Of a stretch of 64,000 nucleotides of DNA, positions 38,701 to 50,495 are shown piece by piece. The stretch is from Podarcis vaucheri. Lineage: Eukaryota. The notes under the pieces were generated by a model. That model was given only the letters and a program-made list of their open reading frames with translations. It had not been told where the DNA came from and made no database searches. Both the position numbers and the translations under genes were made by a program. The first letter of the stretch is position 1. Every line of letters begins with the position of its first letter. The stretch lies in NCBI GenBank assembly GCA_965113315.1, contig OZ220366.1; one strand, 5' to 3'.

Positions 38701-41125
38701 TTTTCCTGGCAAATGGCGGTAAAGAGTCGAAGTCACTGCGCTTTGCTTCGCGGTTGATGTGCAAAGGAGGCTGCTGCGGTCCGAAGCCTTGCGCACGGCG
38801 GTGGAGGAAACGACCCGCTGCTGCCAGAGGTTTTTGGATGCGCTGCCGGTCTGTGCACCGCCCCCTTTGAACCCCGATCTTCCAGGGAAACGAAGGCAAA
38901 GGCTGTCTGAAGCCACTCTCTCCCTTCGAAGCAGGGTCTCCCTGGCAAACGGCAGGAAAGTCCTTTCCTTTCCTGCGGCTACACAGCAGTTGGCTGGGGT
39001 TGTGGAGTCCTCGCTTCCCCTCTTCCTCCTGCTCTCCACCCCTCACTTTTGCAATGCACACGGCTCCTTTCCCCGAGGCTTGGAGCTCCTGTTCCTTACA
39101 AAAGCCAAGGGAAAACAGGAGATAGGGAAAGATCGTTCTCTCTCTCTCTCTCTCCCTCCTTCCCGTCCCGTTTTATCTGAGTCTCGAGTCCGGAATCCCC
39201 CATTCCGGATGTCGTTGCCTGTGCCCAATCGATCGCGGCCGCCCCGTAATGCCTACACAGCGCTTTGTTTACATGAGAAGAAAGTCCGGATCGCGAAGGC
39301 GCACGTGACGGCGCAGGAAGCCTCCCGAGGAACGTGCGCAGACATAAGAAAGGGGAACTTTAAAAGCCCCTGAAATAGCCACCCGACCGGTTCTTCTCTT
39401 TTTCCGCGCGCTGCTTGGGCAAACTTGGGCATCGTTCTGCGCGCCTCCGTTACGCACATGAGAAAATCGGGTTGGAGACGTCGCAGGCACATTGTGCTTA
39501 GCTTTGTGGCCAGACAAAATGCCACACGTCCCGGCTAAAGGTCAGCCGCCTTCCTCCCAGCCGTGGATACTTAGTTTGCTCTTTACTACTTTGCTTAACA
39601 ATCGTGTTTCAAGCTCTCTAATACAACGTAGCTTCCCGCCACCTCTGCGCAACGGCGTGTTCAAATTTATGCCACCGTATTTTGCACGACCCCGTGCATG
39701 CTTATTCATAAATTCTTCTGTGTTCAAGGGGGCTTACTCCGAGGCAAGTGTGCACACAAGTGTGCAGCCTTGTTTAAAATAGCAAACTGCACTAATATCT
39801 TAAGGTTACAGTTGTAATACCGTGGGGCGAGGCCCGTTTAACACAGCGGGGCTTGGTTCAGACATAAGATAGGAAGGGCTGGGCCAATTCGAAATTGTAA
39901 ATGGAAGAAAAGGTGGTTTGACTTAAAGGGAAGCCAGGACAGTGTAGTGCTTGGTGCAGCCCAAGATGCTCTCTGAGTGACCTTGACGCGCTCTGCCCTT
40001 TCCTTTGATCTTACCTCGCGCGATTGATGTGCGGCTAAAATTGGGGAACGTTTGCCACCTTGACCTCCTTGGAAGAGATATATAAATGCAATAAATACAT
40101 TTCCAGTAATGTAGAGCCAGAAAGCGTGTAGTTGCCCCCGAGTTCAGGCTTTGAGTACGTGTGCAGGCTCATGAATAGGCTAAGTGTACGTCGTGTCGTT
40201 ATTGAAATATAGGAGAAAAGGCTGCCTCCCCATCAGATGCTCTGCAGCTTGTTTAGGGGAGACCTGAAACGGGCAGGGAGCTAGAGATGGGCAAACTATG
40301 TATGGTCTTGTTTTGATTATAGAGGAGGGCCTTCTCTGATTAACGCGAAAGCCCCGCTGGGTTAGCGCCATTCCCCCCTGACATTCGCCATCCACGTCCG
40401 CTTGCTCTACGGCTCCGACCCGCCTGCCGTGCAGCTGACGGCGGGCCTGTGGTTTATGCAGTGGAAAGTGGCCGGCTGCCAAAAGGAGCAGGAGGTGGAA
40501 AGAGGAAAGGCGCCAACAGGGAACTCGTGTGCGCTCGCGGCATTCGCTCTCCTTCCTGGCTCGCTGGAGTCCGGCTGGGGCTTACTCTCATGGCTATTTT
40601 TCCTCCTTGCACCCTTTTTCGTGCCCTGGTTGGCAAGAAAGGCTACTTCGCCACCTTGAATGGCGGGAAAGAGGGCGGGAAAGAGAGGCCATCAACGCTC
40701 TCGGCATGGTTTCTCCGGACCCTCCTTCCCGGGGAGGCGAAGCGCAAAGCGCTGCGGCTGCTTCCCCTGGCCGCGGGCACCAGGTTTGTTGAGTTTGCGA
40801 AGGCAGGAGCGTGCGAGCAAAAGTTTGCTCCTGCGCCCGCCTCCAGTGGCTGCCAAGAGTCTGTTGCCGTTGCGAGGGCGATGCAAGCGGTTCCCTTTTT
40901 GAAGAGAGAGAGAGAGAGAACGAGAACGGGGAGGGCAGAGGAGGATCCAACAGCCAAGCAGGGCGCTGCGTGAATGCATTTGCCTCCCACCCAATGATGT
41001 GGAGTTGCGGCGGCTGCCAGTGGTGCCCGGAGAACTGGGTGTTCAGCCAGACACGCCGAGCGCCGGGGCCGCTTTTTTCTTTTCCTTTCGAGTCTGCTCT
41101 GTAACGTGAGCGCAGCAGCTTGAGG

Positions 41126-41127
<2 letters not shown>

Positions 41128-41166
<39 letters not shown>
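41128..41166. repeat. (GA)n microsatellite
   Basis: Direct reading. Confidence 0.95.
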
Positions 41167-41169
<3 letters not shown>

Positions 41170-41321
41170 GCTCCTCTCGGCTGCGGACACCGAGCAGGTT
41201 TTGCAGCGAAACCCCCGCCGTGCAGCTCCCCCCTTTTCCTCCCAGGCGAGCTTGACGGATTTGTCAGCCGGACACCTCCGGGGAGGAAATTCCGCGTGGC
41301 CTCTTTGGCGCTCGGAGCCTG

Positions 41322-41322
<1 letters not shown>

Positions 41323-41355
<33 letters not shown>
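41323..41355. repeat. (CTG)11 trinucleotide repeat inside a CpG island
   Basis: Direct reading. Confidence 0.95.
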
Positions 41356-41357
<2 letters not shown>

Positions 41358-43002
41358 TTAGGTCACATTCTCGCGCAGCCAGCGAGCTCGCCTAGCTCGG
41401 CAGGAGGCGCGGCGCGATCCCCACCCCGGGGAGGAGGTTTTGCTTTCCGTCGCGGGCTGGTACGGTCGGAAGCTGCAGCTATGGCAGCCTCTAGCAACTC
41501 TGGCCGAGGTGCTGGCGCCCAGCTAGCAGCATATAAACGAGGTGGAGGGGGGGTGCTCTCCAAAGTAGCATGCGGGAGGGGGAGGAACCGAGGAGAGAGC
41601 TTTTTAATCAAGTTTTTTTTTTTTTGCGAGGGGGGGAATCGTGAGATATGTGAAGTTCTGTTATTTTCTGTTGTCTTCTTCCTTACGTCCCCCCCTTCTA
41701 TGTATAAAGCAAAAGAGGGTTACATAACGAGGAGATTCCCGAAGGTAGAAGGAGACTTGCGGGGACTCGGAAAAGCAAAGTGCCAAGCCCTGAATCGCTC
41801 TACGGAGGCGGAGAAACAGCCAGGGAGGTGGTTTATTTAATTTTCAGGACGAATTAGATAAAACTGCGGTCTTTAGTCCAACTCCAACTCTCTAGTGTAG
41901 CCGGAATCTCAGCTAAAGCATACACACTAATTCAATGTACTGATTTTTTGGGGGGTGGGGTGGGAAATAATCGCAATAAACACGAACAAACTTTAACAGC
42001 CACGGCCTACCCGCCCTCGTTATGCCCAAACCCCACTTCTTTGACAATGTCTCTCAGCGTGACTTTCTCAGACGCTTGTGCATTTTAATTTACACTATGC
42101 ATTATATATGTCGCCTTTTATTAGCATGGTCAAGGCAGGCGATTAATACCTAGAGCTAACACCCAGTCCTGAACAGCCCCGATTCTGCGCGCACTTTCTG
42201 GGGACTAGGCCTTGCTAAAGACAAGCGGGACTTGGGTCTGTCTTGATTTCGATGCGGGGGGGGCACTCCTTTTCAGCCTGAGGGTCCCACCTGAAGGAGC
42301 CTTTCGGGGCCGGCGGTGGGCGAGGCCAGAGGCAAAAGGTGGCGGCGGCGGCTCCATGGATGTTACGGTAGCCTACATTCTAACCGCGCAAGAGTCAAAA
42401 GGTTTCTGTGTTCTATTTCTCTATAAAGTGCGTCAAGGCAAGCGAAGAGGCATTATCTTCTGTCAAGGACACATTAAAACCAGACAAAAGCGCTCCGAAG
42501 GGTTTGTGGGGGCAGTGCCAGTGGGGTGCGGCCTAAGGAGAGTGGGCTTCCGGTCCTCTATCCTTTATTTTAGTGGACCTCTTGGGATTTACCTTAAGGT
42601 AAGAGGGTAAAGGAAGGTTTGGGTCGTTACAGGGTAAACCAGTGCATGTCTACTCTAGTCCCAATGCGTTACTGGGGATTACTCCCGGGTAAACGAGTAG
42701 TGGGTAGGACTGCAGCCTTGAGCACATTTCTTTGATTTCACTGGGACTTGCGGGTGAAGCCTGCTCTGGACCGTAGATCCAAATGCTCGGGTTTAACTGA
42801 GCTGTGGATCCATTGCTCCGTAAGCGGAGTGGTTGCTTATATGTAACCTTCCAGGCTCACAGCCACAAAGCAGAGAGGGCTGCTGCTTTGCCAGCAACGT
42901 CTCCTCCTGGAGCCCGAAGGGTTAAAAGTCTGTTGCTTGTTGCAATGAAATTATGGCTGGCAGTGGCGCCGCTGTTTGTTCAACAGACCTCCACTTTTAA
43001 AC

Positions 43003-43019
43003 AGTTCACAAAAAGTTCA
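43003..43019 (+). promoter_or_regulatory. DR5 retinoic acid response element candidate
   Basis: AGTTCA-CAAAA-AGTTCA is an exact RGKTCA-N5-RGKTCA match. Confidence 0.6.
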
Positions 43020-46000
43020 TCAGGGCGGCGGTGATTATAAACAACGTATGTATGCGCTGGGAAGCGCGACCCTGAAAACGAGCAGAAACGAGCAAACATC
43101 TCGCCTCGCCCACCTCCGGGGAAGGGATCGCGCGCTCGGTTGTACTTTTTGCACAGAACCGGCTCAGGCGCTGCGCGCTCCCGGCTGCTGCAACTCTTCT
43201 TCGGGCCTCCGAAAAGGCCTTTCTCTCCCAGCCCGCGGATCCCGTCTCCCTTTCGCCTCGTGTCGCTGGGATGCAGCGGCGACGCTCCAAAGGGGAATTT
43301 GGCAACTTCTTCTGTTGCAAAAGCTCCGCGGCAGACCTTAAGCAATCCCAGCCTCGCTCTGAGCCCCTTCTGTGCAAACACCTTTGCCCGGGGCGAGTTT
43401 CGCGGCGTGGACTAGCAAAGAGAGATGGTTGTCTTGCAGCAGAAGGCAACATAGTTTTCTTTTTCTCCTTGTTTTGTTGTTTTATTTTTAAATATGCACT
43501 GTAGCGCTTGGGGAGCTATCATAATCTGGGCCGATTATTTGGCAATTTGCCTTTGACCTTCCTCTCTTCCCAGTTTAGGAAACCTTTGCATTCAGGGCGT
43601 AGCTTCGTTTGCATATCTGCCTTTGGAAGCCATCGGCTCCCCTTCCCCACACAGCGCCCCAAGTACCTGGGGTCGACTCAGATCGCGCTTTTGGGGTCGA
43701 CTTTTGCAGATCTCAGGAGCACCAGCCGATGGCAACCAACGCTACATTTCCCCGCGAGGAAACCCAGAGCCTTAGCTCAGTTCCAGCCTATAAAAAGCAA
43801 GATTAGGCTCCCGGGCATGTCTCCTGCTTTTCAGAAAAGGGGTGGGGGAAAGGGGAGAGGGAGCGGCGTCCCCTCCCTCCGTGCAGACAGCCCTATCTCT
43901 TTGGACTTTGTGTCCCCTCCATTCCTTACAGATGAGGCAGCGCTCTGGGCGGCTACTAACCGTATGTAAAACTCTCAATCACTCTCCAGGCTGCGGCTGC
44001 TCCATTCGAAAACATTACGAGCCGTGCATCTGGAAAACACTAAATCTGGTCAGCAAAACCCGTCTTTCCCCTGGAACAACAACTTTTGAATGATAGGGCG
44101 ATATTTCGTCCTAGCCTTTACTGGGGCGGTGGGGGGGGGGTGCGAGGAGAAGGAAGGAGAGGAGAAGGGGCCAGTTCCTCTTCCTTGACAGCAATTGGGG
44201 TCAGCTCTTGCAAGCTAGCTGCTGCGGAGGGAGGGAGGGAGGGAGGGGACGGTGCCATTTCCGTAAAATATGTTCCGTGAGTGGGGATCTGCACAAAAGG
44301 CTTCTTCAAGGAGCTGGGAGGGGGAACAAGAAGGGCTCGTGAAATGCTTGAGGAGAACACAGGGCTTTCCTTGGCGCTTATACGGAGGTCCTCTGATCGT
44401 GGGTGGAGCATTTGTGCGCAAACGCAACCTAGGTTTTGCCTCCGCTCCGGTTTTAAGGGTTAATTCGTCTCTTTTGGAGCACGGGGGCTTTTAAACTGCG
44501 AGGCGTGCGTGCGTGCGTGGCGCTCTCCACTGGCCTCTGCGTGGATAGGTCCTACCAGACCCCGGGGCTCCTCCACCGCTTACTCTCGGGTAATCCCACT
44601 GGGCTTGGTTGAGCCACAGGGGTTGAAGGGCTGCAGCAGTAGAGCCCGATCCTAATCGCATACGTACTTATATTGGATAGTGAATTAGTTTCAGTGGTGC
44701 TGTATCCCCAAGTTATTAACCGTGTGTAGGATGGCCCCTTATTAGGAATACACAGGTTAACGTCTCCATCCGTTCCGCGCGATCCTAAACGCGTTTAGCT
44801 TAGAAATGGGTCCCGATTTGTGCAGGGCGACTTCCTCGGTGGCAGCTACGTTAAGGATTGCACCCTAGTACGTCTCCGTTTAAAAAACCGAAAAAGCCCG
44901 GGAAGCCTCGCTTCTCTGCAGAAAAGCAATTTAGCGCAGCGCGTCCCGCGTTCGCCGTTCCTCCCCTTGGCGAGGCATTTTGTGCCTGCGCGCACTTTCC
45001 CCTCCCCTCCCTCCTTTTTGGTGAGAGGAAGAGCTGAAGGGGTATCCTGTGCATTAAAGGCTCCCCCTACTTATTAACCCAGCATTTAACAGCGGGATGC
45101 AGGCTGAAGCTCAGTCAAAAGAAACGACTGAACCTCCAAAGAGCAATTAAAATCCGGCACTGGAATAAATCACGCGCCGCGATAATCGTGTTAATAAAAC
45201 GCAGCTTGTCCTGACACTTCACTCATGCAGCAAACTAGAATTTAATGCGGGCGGAGATGGCGCGTTCGGGAGGGAAGAAAGGCAGGCGAGGCCCTTCTGT
45301 TGCTGGACGCGAAAATCCGGTTGCCTTTCACCTGCCTTCCCTGCTGCACGCAGCGCCGATCCTTTCGGACTGCTAATGCTTCTCCAGTGAGCCCGCTAAT
45401 GATTTCTTTCCCTGGAGTGAGCAGGCGTCATTGAATTACTGAAAGCACTCAAAGCAGCGGCGGCGCAACAACAGCAGCAGCTCCAATGGTGGAAGCCACC
45501 AGGGTTGGGTTACTTAATCAAATCAAGGGCTGGGGATCTCACCAACCTACTTAATGTTTTCTCTCTCCCCCCTTAACCCTTTTCTGGGCTGGGAGAGGAA
45601 CTTCTAGGAAAATGGTTGCCCTGTTAAAAATAGGAGCTCTTGTTTGTCTCTGGCATTCTACTTCAGCTTGTTTTCAGAGATAGAAACTTCATTTGAAGTG
45701 GAAACTGACATTTGACACCTTGCTTTTTTGCTTTTTTAAAAAAGTGAATGTTAGGATATCACTCTGTGCCTTCAGTCTGGCCTGTTCCCACTCCCAGGCT
45801 GTGTTTTCATATTTGGATTTCCTCCTTGCTAAAGTTATCTCTTCAAACACAACCCAGTTCTTTTGTGCACTGGGTAAGATCCCGCCAATGTTGAGCCCTG
45901 CTTTGTGAATAAATGAAAACCTGTGGGAATTTGTCCTGCTTAATTTTGGTTGGATCTCCCCCATTATTTGGATTTAAAGTTTCATTGAAAGTTACTTCAA

Positions 46001-46267
46001 CATAATGGGGACAATCAGGCTTAGGAAGTACATTTAGTGACACTAGGTACCATTGATTTCAGAGGGATGGGGGTGTCGCAATTGCCACTGGATCACACAC
46101 ACTGGTTGAGCTACACGTGGAAAAGAAAATCCACTGGTGTCTGTATCAATGCAAATGATATATTGCTGTTTACGAAGGGTTAAACACACACAGACAGAAT
46201 TATGCCGCCAAAGTCGAGTACTCTTACATCCTGTAGAAGTTACGCAGATGCACAACACTCCCAGTGA

Positions 46268-46490
46268 ATTTATTTATTTATTGCATTTATTTCCTACCTT
46301 TCCCCCCAAGGAGCTCAAGGTGGTATATGCATGGTTCTCTCTCTCCTCATTTAACAACAACCCTGTGAGATAGGTTAGGGTGAGATAAGAAAGTGAGTGC
46401 CCAAGGTCACTCAGTGAGCTTCATGGCCAAGTGGGGATTGGAACCCAGGTTTCCCACTCAGACAATCTCACCACAACAATGCACTAGACT
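46268..46490 (-). mobile_element. MIR/CORE-type SINE
   Basis: ACAACAACCCTGTGAGATAGG...GCCCAAGGTCACTCAGTGAG...GGATTGGAACCCAGG with a (TTTA)n tail end. A degraded + strand copy lies at ~39940-40097. Confidence 0.8.
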
Positions 46491-47116
46491 CTATGTTAAA
46501 TCAATAGGATGCCAAAAGCATTTTCTTTGGGGTGGGTTTTTGCTGGTCCTGTTTCCTTACTAAGTTTTATGGGTATATTGTTGTGTGTGTGTGTTTTTGT
46601 TTTTGCAAAAGTCCCTACTTTTTTTGTATGCCACCTTAAGCAATTTTAATCAGTAGTGTGGTAACTAAACGCTATAATGTCCCAGTTGGTTTTCATTTGC
46701 TTGTCTGTGTGCACCATGAATTCCTGAGATGTAATTTGCTTGAGTATCAAGCAAATATCTCTGGCTTCATTACAAGTAAGGTCTGCTTTGCTGATGGGTG
46801 TGTAATTGTTTTTATTTCGAATTAAACTCAATGGGAGTAGCATTCTTCTCCCGTCCCGCACAACGTTCGATTTATAGCGTTTCTGACCAGTGTATTCCCT
46901 CAACTTCCTACTTTTTGTTACATGTGTTTTAACTCTGGCTGCTCACGACCTTGTACCAAGCCTATATTCCTTGTTAATTATCTTGAGGGAGACGGGTGAT
47001 TCCACTATGATGTCTGCCCTTCCTCCCCGGTCAATCTTCTCAACTTCTTTTTTTTCTTTCCCACCAATTAGATTATACACACGTGCGAAGAAAAGCCTCT
47101 GTTTTAAGGTGAAGTC

Positions 47117-47202
47117 ATGCTTTCTGCAACTCCCCTGTATGGCAACGTTCATAGCTGGATGAGCAATGAGAGAGTCCGCATGTGTGGGATTAACGAAGAG
47201 AG
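47117..47202 (+). CDS. BCOR: BCOR first coding exon (exon 2), CDS part; exon probably starts at 47072
   Basis: Translates [28 protein letters not shown](R), matching the BCOR N-terminus. 86 coding nt end at AG|gtaaat (phase 2). Polypyrimidine tract plus ttag acceptor ends at 47071. Confidence 0.96.
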
Positions 47203-48832
47203 GTAAATATTTTAAGTTTCGGGAAAGTGAAACCACGCGGTGTTTCTGGAGAAGGGGGTTTCAGCGTTAATTTGTCTTAGCGTATAGCTTTTTTTTAATA
47301 GCTTGCATGGAGATAACTCATGGAGAGCTCTTTTATGAGACAAGAGTTGGAGAAGAGAGATGTTATAGGCACAGACTCTCCCTTCGTGTACTGTTTTAAC
47401 AATCAGTGTTGCTCAGGAAACCAGAAGGGGGCTTATAAAAGATTAGCTCCCAAAGTCACCTCTTCCTCACATATATTACATACATTCTCTCCCAATCTTC
47501 AGTGTATTTACTGGAAAGCAAACGTCTGTGATTTTTAATGAAACTTATTTCATGGCATGCGTGCTTAAGGTTGTCCCTGTAAGTTTATATTTGTGAAAAA
47601 GACAAGAACAACATGGATTCAGGTTTTTAATTTTAATTGGTCCACATTACGTGGCCTGCAACTTAAGATAATTTGCCCAGCAATTAGATATTTCTATAAC
47701 TTTCCACAAACTAGCACAAAGGTCAGAGTTTGGCCCCAGTACAGAAACCATTCGTCATTCTTCATTGAAATGAATGGGGCAAGTTAGTCATGATTAATCT
47801 AAGCCACATTCGCTGCAATGAGACAAAGCAAGGTTAACTTTCTCTGGATTGGGGCCTTGTAAAAGCACACAAATACAGTTTTTTAAAGAGACTTTACAAA
47901 ATAGTGGACAATGTTATAATTTTTTACTTCTAATTATTAAAATGAAGCAAGCACACTGCTTGTGTTTGCAAGTACTTTTGGTCAGAGTTGTGCCCTATAG
48001 AAAATAAAATCAGGACACCATCGGGTCATTTAATAACTTTCTCAGATAGTTTGAAAACAGCACATGAAAATTATGAGTTCCGAGACACTGAGGGGGAATG
48101 CCATGGCTGTGTATATTGTTATCAAATGTCAAAGGAAGGAGGTGCACATGAGCAAAATGCTGTTGTTCTGTTTCTATCCAATTGCATCCTGTGGCTATTC
48201 TAGTAGGTGTGGGTTGTAACAATAATAGCTGGAAACAGGGCAAAAATGTGGGTGTTGCTTTTACTTTAAAAATTGATAGTGCCACCACTTTAAATATCCT
48301 TCTGGGTAATGATGAAACTTCCCTTCTGCTGTATGTCAGCAATTGTGTCCCTGGGATTTGAAAGTTGGCACCGAGGTGCATTCTTTTATCTGTGTTTTCT
48401 GTGATAACAAGTCCCTGAGCTGCTACGCTGCTAACACACAGATGTATGGTTCCTTCTTCAGCATTGAACAGCTGACATTTGTATGATATTAGAAGTGTGT
48501 GGGTTTTTCCTGTCTCTGTATATGTGTGGGTGTGTATATATATGTATATAAATGATACTATACAGGGTTGTTTGTTTCTAAATAAAGAGTATTTACCACC
48601 ACGTATTGCTTTAGCAAAACTCCTTAACTGGAAATAAAGTCCAAAAACATTTTTTCATCCCTGAACTCTATAGAGAGAGAAAAAGCCCAATTAGAGGGCA
48701 AATCTGTTAATTTTCTTCTGCACTGATGTATTGATAAAGGTAATTTAATAGAAACACTGCAGTCAGATCAAAATGTCAAACCATTAACGTTGTGTCTGTA
48801 AGTCACGTTTAAAAAATATCTCTTGAAAATAG

Positions 48833-48911
48833 GAAAATCCCAGTTAATGATGGAGATGCTTCGAAAAGCAGGTTGGAATTAAGGGAAGAAAATCACCTGA
48901 ACCACAGTGTG
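48833..48911 (+). CDS. BCOR: BCOR exon 3 (79 nt)
   Basis: atag|G AAA ATC CCA...AGT GTG|gtaag encodes (R)[26 protein letters not shown]. Phase 2 in, phase 0 out, fitting exons 2 and 4. Confidence 0.95.
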
Positions 48912-49431
48912 GTAAGAAACTGATAGTTCCGTTTGATGACAAAAGGTTTTTCACTGGATTTTTGTGCTATGGCTTCCGTTTCATATAACTATTTGGGACT
49001 AATGAAAGTTGCTGATAACCAGAGGTGGCATTCAAATATCAGGTTACAGTTGCATCCTTTTGTATATATTTCTGGTATCTGAGTCTTAAGCATTTTTTAC
49101 TTCGTCATATGCTTAATAGCACATCATGAACACACTAAGTCATGATTGCTCTAAATAACATCGCTTGGCATATTTCAATTAACTTTCTGAAAATTTCAGT
49201 GACTGACAGGTGGTAGCCTTGGGTGGACAGAATGGGGTGTGTGAGCCTTTGCTATAGTTTCAGTGTCTAGAGAGGAACCACCTAAAGATGATCCTAAGGA
49301 TGTCACAGGCTCCTTGAAAGAATGGTGGGATATAAATACAATAAAATTGGAAGAACTAGAACTAGTATAATCTGCAGTTTGGGGCTGGCTGAGTGCTTAG
49401 GAATGAGATTTGAGAGACAGTGCCCCAGGGC

Positions 49432-49501
49432 CAATGCTTTTATTCTAGAAAAAAAGGTGTTGGGGCTGCGTACCCCTGAGTACCCCCGGGAAAAAGCACT
49501 G
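49432..49501. mobile_element. 70-bp hAT-type MITE in BCOR intron 3
   Basis: TIR CAATGCTTTT/AAAAGCACTG; 8-bp TSD cccagggc / cccaggac. Confidence 0.75.
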
Positions 49502-49849
49502 CCCAGGACTGTTGTTTTTTCTTGGGGCTTAGAAGGACTGTGGAGCCTACACCTTTGCCTGTTTTCACTGTAGTGTGTTTTGCTTCCTAGAATTGGGTAG
49601 CCTACTTTCTCTCATCTTGTGTAGGAGCAAACATTTGGAACAAAGGAGAGACCAATGTTTCTGTTTCTCCTCCTCCTCCTCCTCCTCCTCCTTCCAACTT
49701 ATACACCACCCTATACGCAGAGGTCTCATGTAATACAGCTACATGACGTGATCTTGCTTTCTCCTTTCCCGCAAGCTCCTCTTTGTTCATATGAGGATGC
49801 TGGGAAAGGCAGCAGTTTAGCTCCTCTGCTGGCCTGTGAAAGTTATTAA

Positions 49850-49940
49850 CAGTACAATGCTATATGTGTCTACTTGGAAGTCAGCCCCATTGAGTTCAAT
49901 GGGACTTTCTCCCAGGTAAGTATATATGGGATTGCAGCCT
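49850..49940. repeat. Representative of a dispersed ~90-bp imperfect palindrome family (15 or more copies in the window)
   Basis: Approximate consensus GGCTGCAATCCTAT..CACTTAC.TGGGAGTAAGCCCCATTGAA.TCAATGGG.CTTACTTC..AGTA.....ATAGGATTGCAGCC. Confidence 0.8.
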
Positions 49941-50495
49941 AAATATCACTTAATTTGGCTATCAATAAGCAGAGGAACAGCAGTAAAAAAAGACTCAGTG
50001 TCATTATGTGATTTAAATGATTTTTGGAATATAAATAACTTTGCATCTGAGGGACCCCCCCCATAAGCATACCTTATGAAATGTCCCTAGTTGGAAGCGA
50101 GTACACACGTGATTCTGGAAATCAGTATTTTTTTAATGGGACAGTTGGTTGAGTAGCAAAGATTTTAGGATATTATCCTAAAATCCATGTAGATGTTTTG
50201 CTAAGTATGAAAGGATCTAGAGACCTATTAAACTAATCTTACTGAAAAAATAATAATCAAACTTGGCAGGTCTCAGACTCCACAGACAGAAGAATGAAGC
50301 AGGCTAAAATTTTAAAATTTGGTTTACTTTATTCCTTTGCATTCATCAGTTTAATCAGCCCACGTTAGCTTTTCACAATGAACACAATGTATTTGCTTCC
50401 TTTTGTTTCCTGCAATGTTTTTTTTTTTAAAGTACCTGTAGCCTTGAATAGTACTTGACTAAATGCCAAAGTCACCTCTCTCTTATTTCACAAAG

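Larger units (their letters stand above)
34750..45480. promoter_or_regulatory. ~10-kb CpG-island domain upstream of exon 2, possibly with alternative promoters
   Basis: Sustained high CpG; YY1 AAAATGGCG 37920-37928, AP-1 TGACTCA 37967-37973, TATAAA 41532-41537, DR5 43003-43019. Confidence 0.75.

Noticed and set aside
37559-41190. Long ORFs of 170-218 aa in the proximal island
   Set aside because: Same GC-content artefact; several run through microsatellites.
50463-50495. ORF-track start [11 protein letters not shown] of the 951-aa ORF
   Set aside because: Intronic polypyrimidine tract. BCOR homology starts at the acceptor (50496), and the VSSEA tail after 53300 is intron read-through.
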